Positions 42,265 through 55,799 of a stretch of DNA of 64,000 bases are shown piece by piece (position 1 is the stretch's first letter; each line of letters opens with the position of its first letter). The position numbers and the translations under genes were made by a program. The notes beneath the pieces are model-generated. The model did no database searches. It saw only the letters and a program-made list of their open reading frames with translations, and was not told the DNA's origin. The stretch is from Callorhinchus milii (Eukaryota): NCBI RefSeq assembly GCF_018977255.1, contig NW_024704742.1, forward strand, positions 94,862,001 to 94,926,000, written 5' to 3'.

Positions 42265-43005
42265 AACACAGAAACAGGAGGAGGCCATTCAGCACATCGA
42301 GCTTGTTCCGCCATTCTATAAGATGCGCTGAATGGCTTCCTTCCCCATATCCCTTGATACCATGACCTAACTAATATCTATCCAACTCAGTCTGGAAAAT
42401 ATGTACGGATTCAGCATCCACAGCCTTTTGTGGGAGAGTTCCAGATTTCCATTTCCCTTTGGGTGAAAAACTACCTCCTGATTTCACTCCTAAATGGCTT
42501 AGCTCTAATTTTTAAGATAATTCCCCACCAGGAGAAATAGTTTCTCTGTATATACCCTATTATTATTTTAGAAACCTCGATCCGATCAGTCCTCAACCTT
42601 CTAAACTCAAGGGAATAGAGACCAAGTTTATGCAATTTGTCCTCATGATTTAACCTTTAAGCCCTGGTATTATTCAGGTGAATCTGCACTGCATCCCCTC
42701 TAGAGCCAATATATCCTTCCTGAGGTATGGTGCCCAAAACTGAACGCAGTGCTCCAGATGGGGTCTGACCAAGGCTCTATACAGCTGAAGCATCATTTCC
42801 TCTCCTTTATATTCCAGCCCCCTTGAGATAAAGACAAATATCCAATTAGCCTTTAGTTAACTTTTTGTGCCTCTGAGCTTGTTTTTAGTGATTTGTGTAC
42901 ATGGACACCCAAATCCTTTTGCTCCTCCACAGTTCTTAGTTTCTCACCATTTAGAAAATATTCTGTTTTGCTATTTGTGGACGTAGTGGATGACCTCACA
43001 CTTCT
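42265..43005 (-). mobile_element. CR1-clade LINE 3' fragment
   Basis: The reverse complement ends in the CR1-type gctgaatggcctcctcctgtttctgtg tail, preceded by degenerate ORF2 C-terminal sequence. Confidence 0.8.
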
Positions 43006-44254
43006 GTTTTAGCTTTTCTATTCCTGTGTTCACATGGTTTGAAGAACATCAACAAATGGTCACTCAAAAACTCCACTCGCTCTTTCTACCCCCACGATAC
43101 TGCATAAACTCTCAAAGAAAAAAACAAACTTAGACTCCAGAATATTCAAACATTCACAGATCTGAGCCCAGAGTTCTCCCACTACAACCAGCAGATTACA
43201 CTACTGAGAAAAACATGTCATTTCACATGCCGTGCTAATCTGTACGGTTTCATTCTGCTGCATTTTGGAGTGCTTTTAAGCACCAGAGTTCAGTCAGAGT
43301 GCTGAGCAGAAACAGCCTCATGTGACACAGTAAAAATAAAGAGGCCATTTCCTCCCTGGACTGATGGAGCCCAATAAAGATTTTTTTAAATGTAGAACTG
43401 TTGCATGTAAAAGATTTTTCATTTTTTAAATTTTGTTGGACTTGTTCAGCTCTTTGTATTCCAGATGGAATTGGAGTGCTGAAGATCGGGGAGTGAAGGG
43501 CGTGGAGGACTGGGATGGCCTCAGGACATTAATAATCATTTTTGTGGCAGCTCTTCTAGCGATGCATCGAAATTATCCACAGGCTGGCAGCACACACTGA
43601 AATGTAAATCTGAAGAAAATCCTTGGTTTTATTTTTGAGGGTTGCTTTTAACAGAAACACTACATTCCACAGTCTCTTCGCCTCGCTCCCTCTCTTGACT
43701 CGTTCAAGGCCCGTCTCAAGACCCTCCTCTTCAACCACCCTCCTATCCCTACTCTCCCTGCCCTTCATCCCTTCTGATCTTAAATCCCTGGCTCAGATCC
43801 CAATCCCTGAATGTCCAGCGCTTTGGGACGTCCTCCTGACGGAAGAGTCGTTATTCAGATGTAATTTGTTGTATAAAATGGCAAAAGATTAAAGCATCAA
43901 TAAAACTTGATCTTTTACATTTGATGGAGTCTTTGCCATTGTCCTTTGACACTGCCCCACACCATGCACCATCAAGAGTATAATTAGGGCTTCAGATTTC
44001 AGTTTTTACCCATAAACAATGATAAAACATCACCTGATACCAAAAAAATGAAATCAGTGTTTTCCTAATTATTTATTCAATAAACACTGAAGAAATACTG
44101 ATGGTTATTCAAGGTTATACAAGAGTGGGGTTTTCTCTGTCACTCGCTCACTCTCGGAAGCCCCTAGTGTACTAATTGTGCATGCCTTACTCTTGCTTTC
44201 CACCTCTCGCTCTCCTCTTCATATGTGCAGACGTGTCGGTAAAGTGTGTGTATA

Positions 44255-44586
44255 TAATAATAATAATCTCTGCATTTGATATAGCGCCTTATCATGTCTT
44301 CGAGACGTTTCAAAGTGCTTCACAGAATATATTGTAAAGTGCATTGACTGTATATTTTGGGGGCGAAACGCGGATTGAGTAACCAAATTATTATTTTTTT
44401 ATCAAGGAATTATTACCCCCAGAAAAGCGATCTGCCAATCGACTAGCAGGTGGGTTCTTACTTACTGCTAGGTAAACAGAGACGTGTGGAATAAGAAAAC
44501 TTGCCCAACATTTCACCCTGCCTGAAATCGAACCAGGTCTCTCACTTGCGAGGTGAGTGCTCTCGCCACTGAGCTACAGGACTCCA
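44255..44586 (-). mobile_element. tRNA-derived SINE, long form
   Basis: Same head plus an extra segment (ctctgtttacctagcagtaag...). Confidence 0.85.
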
Positions 44587-44934
44587 GTATGTGAGAGGTG
44601 AGTAGCTGAGCCCCACAGACCAGGATAGTCTTAGACTCAACCCAGATTTATGCAGAGCAGGAGCTGGGGCTGAAAAAGCCCTCACTAGGAAAAACAGCAA
44701 AGTAAATGCCTTCTCATATTGAAAATAGCACCTCAGGAAACAAAGGATCTCCACTTCAGGGAACCCCTATGTAACAACAACCTGCAAACTCCTGACAACT
44801 GATCATTCTAAGGGAAGAAGTGACCCGAGGAGATGGGTATGGGGGCTGGAAACTTACCCATCGATGGTGGAGTGAACTTAGAATCACAATAGCAAAGACA
44901 ATTGAAATAAGAGTAACATTGGGATCCAACTTAA

Positions 44935-45320
44935 TAGTAATAACCCTTCCATTTCATAGAGCACCTTACCCCATCACCAAAACGTCTTAAGAATTTCACT
45001 TCAGAGGAATTTACTGTAAAATTAAAGTAAATTTGGATTCAACAATGTCCCACAACCAACCACGATGTGAATGGCCAGCTATATCTGGGGGATTGTTGAC
45101 CAAGACACTGGGAGAAGCTCCTTTCTCTTTCCAAGTAATGCCCTGGAATTTTTAACATCTGCCTGAAAAAGTAGATGGGATCTTGGGTTAATGTTACATG
45201 TGAAGATGGCACCTCCCACAAGCTCCCTCAGCATGATAAGCTCAAAGTCTCGACACGGGGCTTGAACCCATCATCTTCAGACTCAGAGGCCAAAGTGCTA
45301 TCAACTGCACCCAGCTGGTA
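44935..45320 (-). mobile_element. Deu-domain SINE
   Basis: Reverse-complement copy with tail. Confidence 0.72.
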
Positions 45321-45322
45321 CT

Positions 45323-45612
45323 TACAACAACAACTTGCACTTATATAGTGCTCTCCACCCAGGGCAGCGTCTTAGAGCGTTTAACAATGGTGGAGCCTGA
45401 CATCGATTTGGGTGGAGCAAGGTGACTGTAAGCACGGTCAAAAAGGAAGATTTTCAGGTGTGATTTGAAAAAGGGGAGAGAGGGGCCAAGGTGGAGGGAT
45501 TGAGGGAGAGTGTTCCTCAGTTTCGGGTCATAATGGCTGAAAGCACGACCTCTGACGGTGGAGTGGAGGGTGCAAGGTACAAGGAGGAGGCGCTGCCAGT
45601 CGAGCAGAGGCG
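45323..45612 (-). mobile_element. L2 LINE 3' end
   Basis: Same subfamily as the 10790 and 34680 copies. Confidence 0.75.
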
Positions 45613-46439
45613 TGGTACTGAACTTATATTGAACATTACAAATTTCAGGTAAAGTAACATCCCAGATGTGGCAGAGACTCCCAAATCTTTCAAATACAGC
45701 AGAGATTATAGGTATCTATGCAGACTGACAGGCACGAGTACAGCATAATGATGGGCACGGGGCAGTGGAATGCTGGACAGTTTGGATACAGGCTGTCTTT
45801 CATCTGCTGTGTTTTACTATGTCACGTGAGAAACCCAAGCACTGGTTCAATCAACATCATCTTATTGGGAGATTTAGGCCTTTTCATACTGAACTGATGA
45901 TGACACCATCTGTTGCCAAGCAGCTATCATTGAGCACAAAAGATGGCTTGACACAGAGAGCACACTATGTGCTAAGACTAGCTAAATCAATTTGGCCAAT
46001 TCAGTACAAAGGATTGAATTACACTGCTCTGAAAAATAGGGAGATTTGTAAAGGTTTTCAGATGAAAGGAGGAACATAGTTACTTTTTTAAAAAGTATTT
46101 CCACAACAACCTGAGCTGAACTAACAGGCTTGAGCAACTGATACAAAATCCGATTTCAAATCATTTGACCCAAATTATTTGTAACTGCTTGTAACTGGCT
46201 GCACATTTCTGCTGGTAAATTGTTGGGAGCTGGGGGGGGTGTGTGAAAATCAATGAATAGAATTTCACACCTGTTTTTCCCCGCACTGAAGTAAAACTCC
46301 TTTGTTTCTGCTGATTCTTTTGAAAATAATATTAAGCAATGATTGCAGCAAAAAAAATTCAAATCAATTTACACCATTTGTTTGCTACTAAGTGGTTGCA
46401 CACTTACTCTCTGAACTTAACCCATTTGTGTGTTGGATA

Positions 46440-46612
46440 TATTTAAATTTTCAAGACTGAGGTGGATAGATTTTTATTAAGTAAGGGTATCAAGGGATAT
46501 GGGGCAAAGGTGGGTAATTGGAGTTGAAGAGAGATCAGCCATGTTCTAATAGAATGGAGGAACAGTCTTGAGGGGCTGAATGGCCTACTCCTGTTGCTAT
46601 ATTCTTATGTGT
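46440..46612 (+). mobile_element. CR1 3' tail
   Basis: gatcagccatg...ggggctgaatggcctactcctgttgct. Related short tails occur at about 57400-57500 (+), 28465-28520 (-) and 37120-37260 (-). Confidence 0.75.
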
Positions 46613-46839
46613 ACATTATGAGGTCCATTTTTTGCAACTGGAGCATCCTCCAAATACATCCAATAAAATTATGAGTCCAAATTGAGCTAACCGCATTGCT
46701 TCAATTTCAATCCCGTGTGGGCACACATGGCAAGGAAAAATTCTACAGTTCCTGGCTAGTTAATTGTTTTACTATAGACCACTGACACTCATCATCTAGA
46801 CTAAGCCAACACTTGAATAATATACTAAATTGAATAATG

Positions 46840-47435
46840 AAACCGTCATACATGCTTTCATTACATCGAGGCTCAACTTTGCAAACTCATTGCTTGTCGG
46901 TCTCCTGAACTCCTCCCTCCAAAGGCTGCGGATTAACCAGAACTCTGAAGCCCGTGTCCTCTCCCGCACTAGGCTCTGCGACCCTATCATCCTCATCCTT
47001 GCCCAACTCCACTGACACAAAGGATAAACTTCAAAATCCTGGTCCTCACCTTCAAAGCCTTCCACGGTCTTGCTCCCCCCTACTTCTGGGACCTGCTAAA
47101 TCCCTACCATCGTGCTTGGTGACTCCACTCAGGGGGCTCTGGCCTGCTTCACGTCCCCCGCCTTGCTCGCCCCATTATTGGCGGGCAGGCCTTCCGCTAC
47201 TCTGCCCCCACCCTCTGGAACTCCATCCCGCAGTCCCTCCGCCTCGCCCTCTCCCTTGCCGACTTCAAGACTCATCTCAAGACTCTCCTATTCGACTGTG
47301 CTTTGGATCTCCCTGCTTCCCCCCTGCCCTCCCTGACCCCAACCCCCAGCTCAGTCCATAGCTCTGTCTGTCCAGTGCCTTAGAGCGTCCTCCCAATGTG
47401 AAAGGCGCTTTACAAATGTAATTTTGTTGTTGTTG
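46840..47435 (+). mobile_element. L2 LINE 3' fragment
   Basis: HAFITSRLNFANSLLVGL and a (TTG)n tail. Confidence 0.85.
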
Positions 47436-48149
47436 AATTATTATTCCCACAATGCAGGAGTCACACCATATGTTTAAACATTGCTTTCACTTGATACATC
47501 TTTATTATATGTCAGAAGTTATTATTAGTAGTAATAACAATAACAAATATAATCCTTGCATTTGACATGGCACTTTTCACATCAAGAGAATGTCTCTGAG
47601 CGCTTCAAAGGATTTATTGTAAGATGTAGTCATTGTGTATTTTGTGGACAAACGTAGCAGCCAATTTTGGTGAATGACAATTTTAATCGGGAGAGTTATA
47701 CGGTCAACGTGGTCAACTTAGACTATATGAGTTCAAAATCTTAATGTGGGGCTTGAACTCACACACATGTGCATCAGATGCAAGTGTATTACCAACTGAA
47801 CCATCTTTTTAATGGCAAACTAACCATCAGCATTAACATCTCTAGTAGATGTTGGCTGTTCTGTTTCTGACTCTTTGGAAGAAGTTTACCTTGGCACTCG
47901 TCCAGCTTGGATCACTCTATCTCCTAGGGCTTTGGCTAGCTGGCGATATAACTATATAGCCAAGTCTGACTCATATATCAGCCTGTCAGGCCGGTCAAAT
48001 ACCAACAATACCTCAGTTGCTGCAGACTTGTCTGGCTTCAAACAAAGGAGGACAGTTTTACATATATCAATCTGCAAAAGGTTCAAGTGCTTAGTACACC
48101 CACTATTGAACCCAAGATCTTTTGGTTCCATCTCCCCCATGCTTAGCCA

Positions 48150-48785
48150 AATGAGATACAGGGATATGGACGCAAGCGGGGGGGCAAGGGTTGGGATAAG
48201 GGAGCATGGAGATCAGGGAGGATAGGAGGGTGGCCGAAAGCACAGACAAAGAGGAGGGTCTTGAGATGTGCCTAGAAGTAGGCAAGGAAGAGAGAGAGGC
48301 AAAGGGAATTGGGATGGAGTTCCAAACGGTGAGGGAAGAGAGGTTGAAGGCCCGTTCGCCAATGGTGGGGTGGGTCGGGAAGGGGACATGAAGTAGGCCT
48401 GAGCCTGCAGAATGGAGGGAGCGGACAGGTTGATATGGGGTTCGCAGGTCACAGAGGTAGGAGGGGGCAAGGCTGGAAGGGCCTTGAAGGCAAGGATGAG
48501 GATTTTGAACTCTATTCTCTGGGGGATGGAGAGCCAGTGGAGCCGGGCGAGGGTGTGGGTGATGGGGTCAAGGAGCCTTGTGCAGAAGAGGACACAAGCT
48601 GCAGAGTTCTTGATGATCTGCAGCTTGTGGAGGGATGAGTTGGTAAGGCCAACAAGCTGGGAGTTGGCATAGTCGAGCCTAGATGTGATGAATGCATGAC
48701 TGAAGGTTTTGGTGGCCTGAGGAGTAAGGCAGTGACGGAGCCGGACGATGTTGTGGAGGTGAGGGAAGGCAGAGCGGGTCATGGC
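48150..48785 (-). mobile_element. L2 LINE 3' fragment
   Basis: ORF 48213..48836, HAFITSRLDYANS..LARLHWL..RIEFKIL. Confidence 0.85.
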
Positions 48786-48981
48786 ACGGTTGTGAATAAG
48801 CACTAAGCAATATTTTGTCATCTCTCTGAGTTGCACTGCATAAAGCTCGGCCTTTTGGGGTTCTGCTTCAGTATGCGCCTATTTTCCCTTCTACAAGTGA
48901 GGGTGCAGACAATAAGGTCCACTGTGGTAGTCACCCTACTGCTGCTAGCTGACCCAGTGCAAATCAGGACTCTTTCCTCAA

Positions 48982-49413
48982 ATAATAACAGAGGATTAAT
49001 ATATATCTCCTTATCATGTTATCAAGATGTTTCAAAGAGCTGCATAAGATTTCCCTGTGAAATGTAGTGACTGTGCATTTATGGGTTAATGTAACAGCCA
49101 TATTGTGTATAGCACACATCAATGTCTGACAAAAAGCCATGAAGCAAATGACTAATTTTATTGGGAGATTAATTTGGGGGGCAGGGTACTGGCAGCAGCA
49201 AACTTTTCTTTTTGGAAAGTGGGATTTTAGTGTTCAACTGAACAGCTAGGTTGAAAGTCTAGCCTGACCAACAGTACCTCCAACAATACAGAACACCCCA
49301 GCACTGCACTGGAGGGTCAGCCTAAACTTTGAGCAGAAAGTGCTGACGTGGGGCTTGAACCCAAAACCTTCAGACTCCGAGGAGAGAATGCAACCAAGTG
49401 AGCCAGATTGACA
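48982..49413 (-). mobile_element. Deu-domain SINE
   Basis: Reverse-complement copy. Further partial copies lie at about 25480-25755, 37270-37470, 47535-47800, 53995-54225 and 59085-59210. Confidence 0.75.
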
Positions 49414-50457
49414 CCTCAATGGCTCAGTACCAAACTATGTGGTGCATTTGCCTGCTGACCATAAGGTACCCCAAACAGCTCCTGTACTTTTGTTTTACTT
49501 AAAAAAATTGAATTTTATGGGAAAAATTGCAATTCTTCAATGGAACAAAAATGCTTTCCTTTTTTCAGTGTTGAAGTTTAAATAGCAGACTGCAATCACG
49601 GTTACGGTGACTTTGCTTTCTGTAAGACACCTGCTTTGTATCAATCTAAGCTAATGTAAAGAGCACATCACTGTTCATGTGTACTCATGGCAAGAAAATG
49701 TACAAGAATTTCTGGTCCATTTCAACGTTTCAAAATATAAACACGTCACTCTAGTTCAGACTTTGGAAGATTAGTAGTATTTATTCTGCCATCTGATTGA
49801 TGCCTTTGTTATATTAGGTCTTTTGTGCTCAGATTTTCATGCCAAGTTCTTGCAGCATAAATTTCATGCTAAAAAATTCCCTTTGCAAAATAAGCAGTTT
49901 ATACCCATGATTCAGCTACTCTGCCTCCAGCAAGGGCAAACTCTTCCTAATAGCTCTGCTCATAACACCAGCTAAGCATTGGGAACACGGAACACAAATA
50001 GTTCAATCTTTGCATCAAAACCATTCTGTTCATTCAAAAAGGAAATCGAGAGATTCCTGATTTGAGGAAGAATGCATGGGACTCAGGTTTGGCCGAAAAG
50101 CTAATTGACTTATCTGGTTCCAATTCTTGTACCTGCGGTCCATTGTAAGCTTGCCACACATTACTACATTTCAAAAACAACTGGGACTTGCTCACTGTCT
50201 CCATGAGTGCAGTGGGGCATTGCATCTGTCCCAACATCAGAATCCCCTCGCCAACACCAAATTTGCACTAAAGTGTCAATTTCTTTCTGCTGGTGTGGGC
50301 AATAGAAAATGTCCTGGGGAGTATTCTTTCTGAGGTTGGGAGCTGAAGAGATGGATCATTATTTTGCTATACCAGCTTTGGGAGCGCTTAATGCTACACT
50401 TAATGTTCCTTTTGCAGCACAACATGCATTATGATGCATGAAATAGATTTAACAATT

Positions 50458-53225
50458 AACAACAACAACAAAATTACATTTATAGAGTGCCTTTCACGTC
50501 GGGAGGACGTCCCAAAGCGCTGAACAGTCAGGTGTCGGGGCCCGAGCATGGGAGAGGGGTGATGTAGGGGTGAGGGAAGGCGGAGAGGTGGGAGGGAGAC
50601 CAAAGGCACGGTCGAAGAGAAGAGTCTTGAGACCAGCCTTGAAGGAGGGAAGGGAGGAAGCGAGGTGAAGGGACCGTGGGATGGAGTTTCAGAGTGTGAG
50701 GGCAAAGAGGCTGAAAGCCCGGCCACCGATAGTAGGGCGGGTCAGGCGGGAGACATGGAACAGGCCAGAGCCCGAAGAACGGAGGGAGCGGGCAGATTGG
50801 TAGGGAGTCAGCAGGTCAGAGAGGTAAAAGGGGGCAAGGCCATGGATGGCCTTAAAGATGAGGATGAGGATCTTGAACTCGATCCTCTGAGGGATGGGGA
50901 GCCAGTGGAGTCGGGCGAGGGTGGGAGTGATGGGGTCACGGAGCCTGGTGCGTGAGAGAGTTTTGGATGATCTGCAGCTTGTGAAGGGAAGAGTTGGGAA
51001 GGCCAATGAGGAGGGAGTTCCCGTAATCGAGCCTTGAGGTAACTAATGTGTGGGTGAGGTTTTCGGCAGCCTGAGGGGTGAGGCAGTGGTGGATTCTGGC
51101 AATGATGTACAGGTGGTGGTAGGCAGTGACGGTCATAGCACGGATGTGAGGGAGAAAGGACATTTCAAGGTCAAACAAGATACCCATGTTTGGCTTAGTG
51201 AGGTTGAGTGTGCAGCCGTGGAGGCTGATGCTGCCAGCACCTGAGGTACGGAGGCGCTGGCGTGAGCCAATCAGAAGGGCCTCGGTCTTGCTGACGTTCA
51301 GTTGGAGAAAGTTGTCCCTTGTCCAGGACTTGATGTCGGACAGGCAGTCGGTCAGGAAGCTAGTAGTCCTGGAGTTGGGTGTCATCCACATACATGTGGA
51401 AATTTATCCTATGTCTGCGGACGACGTCACCAAGGGGGAGCACGTAGAGGGTGAAGAGGAGGGGACCGAGGACAGAGCCCTGAGGAACACCGCACGAGAC
51501 AGTGCGGGGGCAGGAGAAGAAGCCGTTTGCCGCGATGAGTGGAGGCATTGTGAAAGGTAGGACCTGAACCAGTCAAGGACAGAACCTTGAAGGTTGAGGT
51601 GGGAGAAGAGGCGGTGGAGGAGGATTGAGTGGTCCATGGTGTCAAAGCCAGTGGAGAGGTCGAGGAGGATGAGGAGGCAGAGGGAGCCCTGGTCACATAT
51701 GGTCAGGATGTTGTTTGTGATCTTGACCAGAGCAGTTTCTGTGCTGTTGGCAGCACGGAAACCCGATTGGAGGGGTTCATGGATGGAGTGAGAGGAAAGG
51801 AAAGAGCAAAGCTGGGAGGCAACGGCTCTCTCGAGGACCTTGGATAGGAAGGGGAGATTTGAGATGGGCCGGTAGCTAGATAGCTGTGACAGGTCAAGGG
51901 AAGTTTCTTCAAGGTGGGGATGATAGTGCCTGTTTTGAGGGGGGAAAGGAACAGTGCCAGAAGACAAGGAGAGGTTAATGATGTCGGTGAGTAATGGGGC
52001 AAGGAGGTGGATCTGGGTTTAAGGAGAGGGGTAGGGATGGAGGTTACCGTGTTGAAGACAGAAGAGGGGGTGACAGGTTCAAAGGTGTGGAAGGATGGAT
52101 GTGTAATTGTCGGATGGGTGATTGTGAGGGATGGGGGTAGGGAGGGGTTGGAAATTGGGAGGGCAGTGGCAGCTGAGAGGATTCCCTCGATTGTGGACTC
52201 AAGGAAGTCCAGCATTTTCTCGCAGAGAGAGTCAGAGGAAAGTATCTGCGAAGCATGTCGGGGAGGGCAGAGGAGCCGGTTAGTGGTGGAGAACAGGAGC
52301 CTGGGGTTGCCTTTCATCTCCAGGATTAACCGGAATAGAATGATGATTTGGCCGAGGCGAGAGCGGAGCGGTAGGTTTTGATGAGATCCAGCCAGATGTG
52401 ATGGTGGACCGTTAGGCCAGATTTGAGCCAAGTGCGTTCGGGAGCCCGCACCTGGCCCTTAAGCGAGTGGAGGTGGCTGGTGAACCAGGCTGAGGATCGG
52501 GAATAGGAGGCTGTTCGGGAGGTGAGGGGAGCAAGGACGTCGAGTGTGGTGGAGAGGGTGCTGTGGAGAAGAGTGAGTGCAGCGAGTGGGTTGTTGCTAG
52601 AGATGGGCATGAGGGGAAGGAGATCAGAGGACTCCAGGGCAGCGGAGAGGGATTGTGGGGAGTTCTTTTTCCATGGGCGGTAGAAGATGGTGGTAGGTTT
52701 CAAGGCAGTGGGGAGAGGGATATGGGAGCTGAGGGAGATGAAGTGGTGGTCAGAGATGGCCTTGTCAGTGATAGTGACTTCCAGGCCCCGGGTGATCACC
52801 AGAACGAGCGGGTGACCATGGGTGTGGGTAACGGAGTGGATGTGGAGGGAGAGGTTGAGAAAGGAGGAGAGTAGAAATCTGAGGAGATGGAGCAGGAGGG
52901 GGTGAAGTGGAGGTTGAAGTCGCCTAGGATGATGAGGCGGTCGGAGCAGAGGCAGAGGGAACCAATGAGGGTGGAGATGTCAGAGATGAATGTGGGGATT
53001 TTGTAGGGTGGTAAAGTAAGAGAATTTTCAGAGAGAGGTGGGAGGGATGGCAGAGGGTAAGGTGTTTGAAAGAGGGGAACGAGCCAGTGGAGTAGGGGGA
53101 TAGGGCAAGTGATGCCCTGGATATGAGGGCCACACCACTGCATCGACGGTTGGGGCGTGGGGCATGGTGGTAGGTGTAGCCGAGTGGTGTGGCCTCAGTG
53201 AGGGGGAAGGTGTCACCTGGGGTAG
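50458..53225 (-). mobile_element. L2-clade LINE, 5'-truncated, frameshifted ORF2 (part of endonuclease, RT, 3' tail)
   Basis: Successive minus-strand frames carry [73 protein letters not shown] and LHWLPIPQRIEFK. Ends in a (TTG)n tail. Confidence 0.93.
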
Positions 53226-54509
53226 AAAGAAGAGGGTCATGGACATGAATGGCCGTTGGCACTTCAATTGTCCTTCCATCCTCCCTCCTCTCCTTTGCTT
53301 GGCGTCCAACCTTCATCCTTGTGAAGCTCTCTATGACGTTACCCGACATGAAGGGAGCTACAGAAATGCAAGTTGTTGTCTAGATTACATAAGATATGGC
53401 CACTTGGCTTCAGTGCCAAAGGTCATTCATGTCCATGACCCTGTTCCCCAACAAGTGTCCATGCCTTCATGCAGGAAGTGGAATTTTTTAAAAAATGATT
53501 GGAGAGGTCTGAGATGAGCCACCCACCACTCCTCTCATTTGGGATAGGGTGTTTATAGGATTGAGAAGCATAACTTAAAATAGTGTAGAGAGTCCTATAG
53601 CGGTGCTGTTGACTGGATAGTACATATTGCATGACAGATGTGGTACAATGTTCTTATTTAATACCAACAAATGGAGAAAAGAAATACAGGAAATAAGGTA
53701 AATGAAAAAAAAGCAATATAATTAATCTTTTATAGTACTGGAACTGGGGACTAGTGAAAATAAAGTCAGCTGACTATTTCGCTTCCACTCAAATGGAAAG
53801 GCAGCTGGTTTGTCCCAGGATATATTTTATATAAAGTTTAATGTGAGCTTTGCTGGAATGCATCTGGAAGAGAAGTTGATGTATCTTAGCAAATGAGAAC
53901 TAAGAGCACAAGCTCAGATTCATTACAGCCTCTGCATCCATCCTGCCCACTCTCAGCTTCCAGGTAAGTGGCACACATAATACAAATAATAAATGCAAAT
54001 AATGTTTACATTGCATAGAGCACTTTTCATGTTGGGAGGATGTCTCAAAGCCCGTCACAGGATAAACTGTAATGACTTGCATACATGGCATAGCAATTTG
54101 CATGCAGCAATGCCCCACAAACAGCCATTATGTTTTACTGGAGGGATTGTTGGCCAGGACACTGGGAGGAATCCTTTTCAAATAGTGCCATGTGATCTTT
54201 AATGTCCACCTGAACAGGCAGACCGCAGGACGCAATCCTCCCATAGAACACAGATTACATTGGGACGTCCTCGCGACATGAAAGGCGCTATACAAATGTT
54301 AATGTTGTTAATTTAATGTGCCCCTGATCTGTACACAGTCTCCTGAAGGTTATTATTTACAGCATTTTGGCATTCGCTATTGACGAGTGGGATTGAGCAC
54401 GTGTCTCCTAAATACTGGTTCGTTATCTGACTGAACTAATATTGAAACCTAAAATTGGAGCATTGGAGTAACGTTAAGTAATGGAAGAGTACTGTAAGTA
54501 TATATGAAA

Positions 54510-54740
54510 GCATGCAGGCAGGCCTGCATGTATGTATGTAGATGTGTATGTAGGTATGTAGGTATGTATGTAGGTAGGTATGTAGGTAAGTATGTACGTA
54601 TGGATGTAGGTAGGTAGGTATGTATATATGTAGGTATGCATGCATGTATATAGGTAGATAGGTATGTAAGTAGGCAGGTGTGTAGGTAGGTGTGTGTGTG
54701 TGTGTGTATGTATGTGTGTATGCGTGTGTGTAGGTATAGG
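54510..54740. repeat. Compound microsatellite (GTAT)n/(GTAG)n/(GT)n
   Basis: Directly visible; it produces the H/T/Y/I-rich ORFs at 54436-54829. Confidence 0.95.
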
Positions 54741-55382
54741 CAAGACAGATAGAGGAGGATTCCCCATCCCCCTCTGCTCTCTATTGCACTATGAGACTTA
54801 CACAAATTGTGTATAGTTCCTTCAATCAATCACAGATTTGTAATAGTATGCCTACCCACAGAGGCGTGGAGCATTTCAGAATAACAGGACAAGAAAAATG
54901 AGTTGCCTGTATCAAGGTTTTCCCTTATAAATATAACTCAAGTATTCTTCAGTTTCTGTTGCTATGGTAACCGGGATTGGTTTAAAAAAAAGCGTATCTA
55001 TTGTGCTCTGGCAGCTTTTCCGGCACATGCTTCTCAACCAAGGTTACATCTTGCATCACATGATCTCCCACAACTAATTCCTGACAAAGCATCCAAAGAA
55101 TCAATTTGAGCATCCCATTCTGTCCCATTATGATGTGCAATTCACAGGCATAACCCTGAACTGAAGGACTTCGCAAAGCAACAAGGGACAGTTATAAGAC
55201 AGCTCATCAAGATTTTGTACACTTTAGAAAGCATTCCTTTTAATTTGGAACAAAGAACACAGACTAATTTGTCGCCACAGAATTCAAATAGTGAGATGGA
55301 GGATAACAAGGCTGATCTGCACCACTGCTAAGGGCTTTGCAGGGTTACTCGGATAAGTCTAAGTAACCCTGCAATATCCTTT

Positions 55383-55603
55383 AGCCTTCAGCCACTATGC
55401 CCTGAAACTTTGGAACTCCCTCCCTCAATCCCTTCACCTCGCCCACTCCTTCCCCATCTTCAGGTCGCGCCTGAAGATCTTACTTTTCGATCGGGCCTAT
55501 GGTCACCTTCTCCTTCTCCCTGGCTCGGCCTCGGGCACTGCTAAGCTCTCTTAGATGCTGCCCGGTATGGAGGGCGCTATTTAAGTGCAAGTTGTTATTG
55601 TTG
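55383..55603 (+). mobile_element. L2 LINE 3' end
   Basis: gccttcagccactatgccc...gggcgctatttaagtgcaagttgtt. Confidence 0.75.
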
Positions 55604-55799
55604 TAGTAAATCGATCAGGTGACACTTTACAAGGAAGTGTGCTTCCATTGTAGAATACGATCTGTTGCAACCTAAGTAAATATTTGATTAAAAATATTTG
55701 ATTTTATTTGATTAAAAATCTTATTTGTATTCCTTGCAATTCACCTTGTGTCTTTTAAGTTGGGAGGAGATCTTAAAGTGCTAATCACGGAATTAACTC

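Noticed and set aside
50458..53225. Active or domesticated reverse transcriptase gene
   Set aside because: Many frameshifts, internal deletions and 5' truncation; a dead L2 copy.
54436..54829. His/Thr/Tyr-rich ORFs
   Set aside because: They are translations of a microsatellite.
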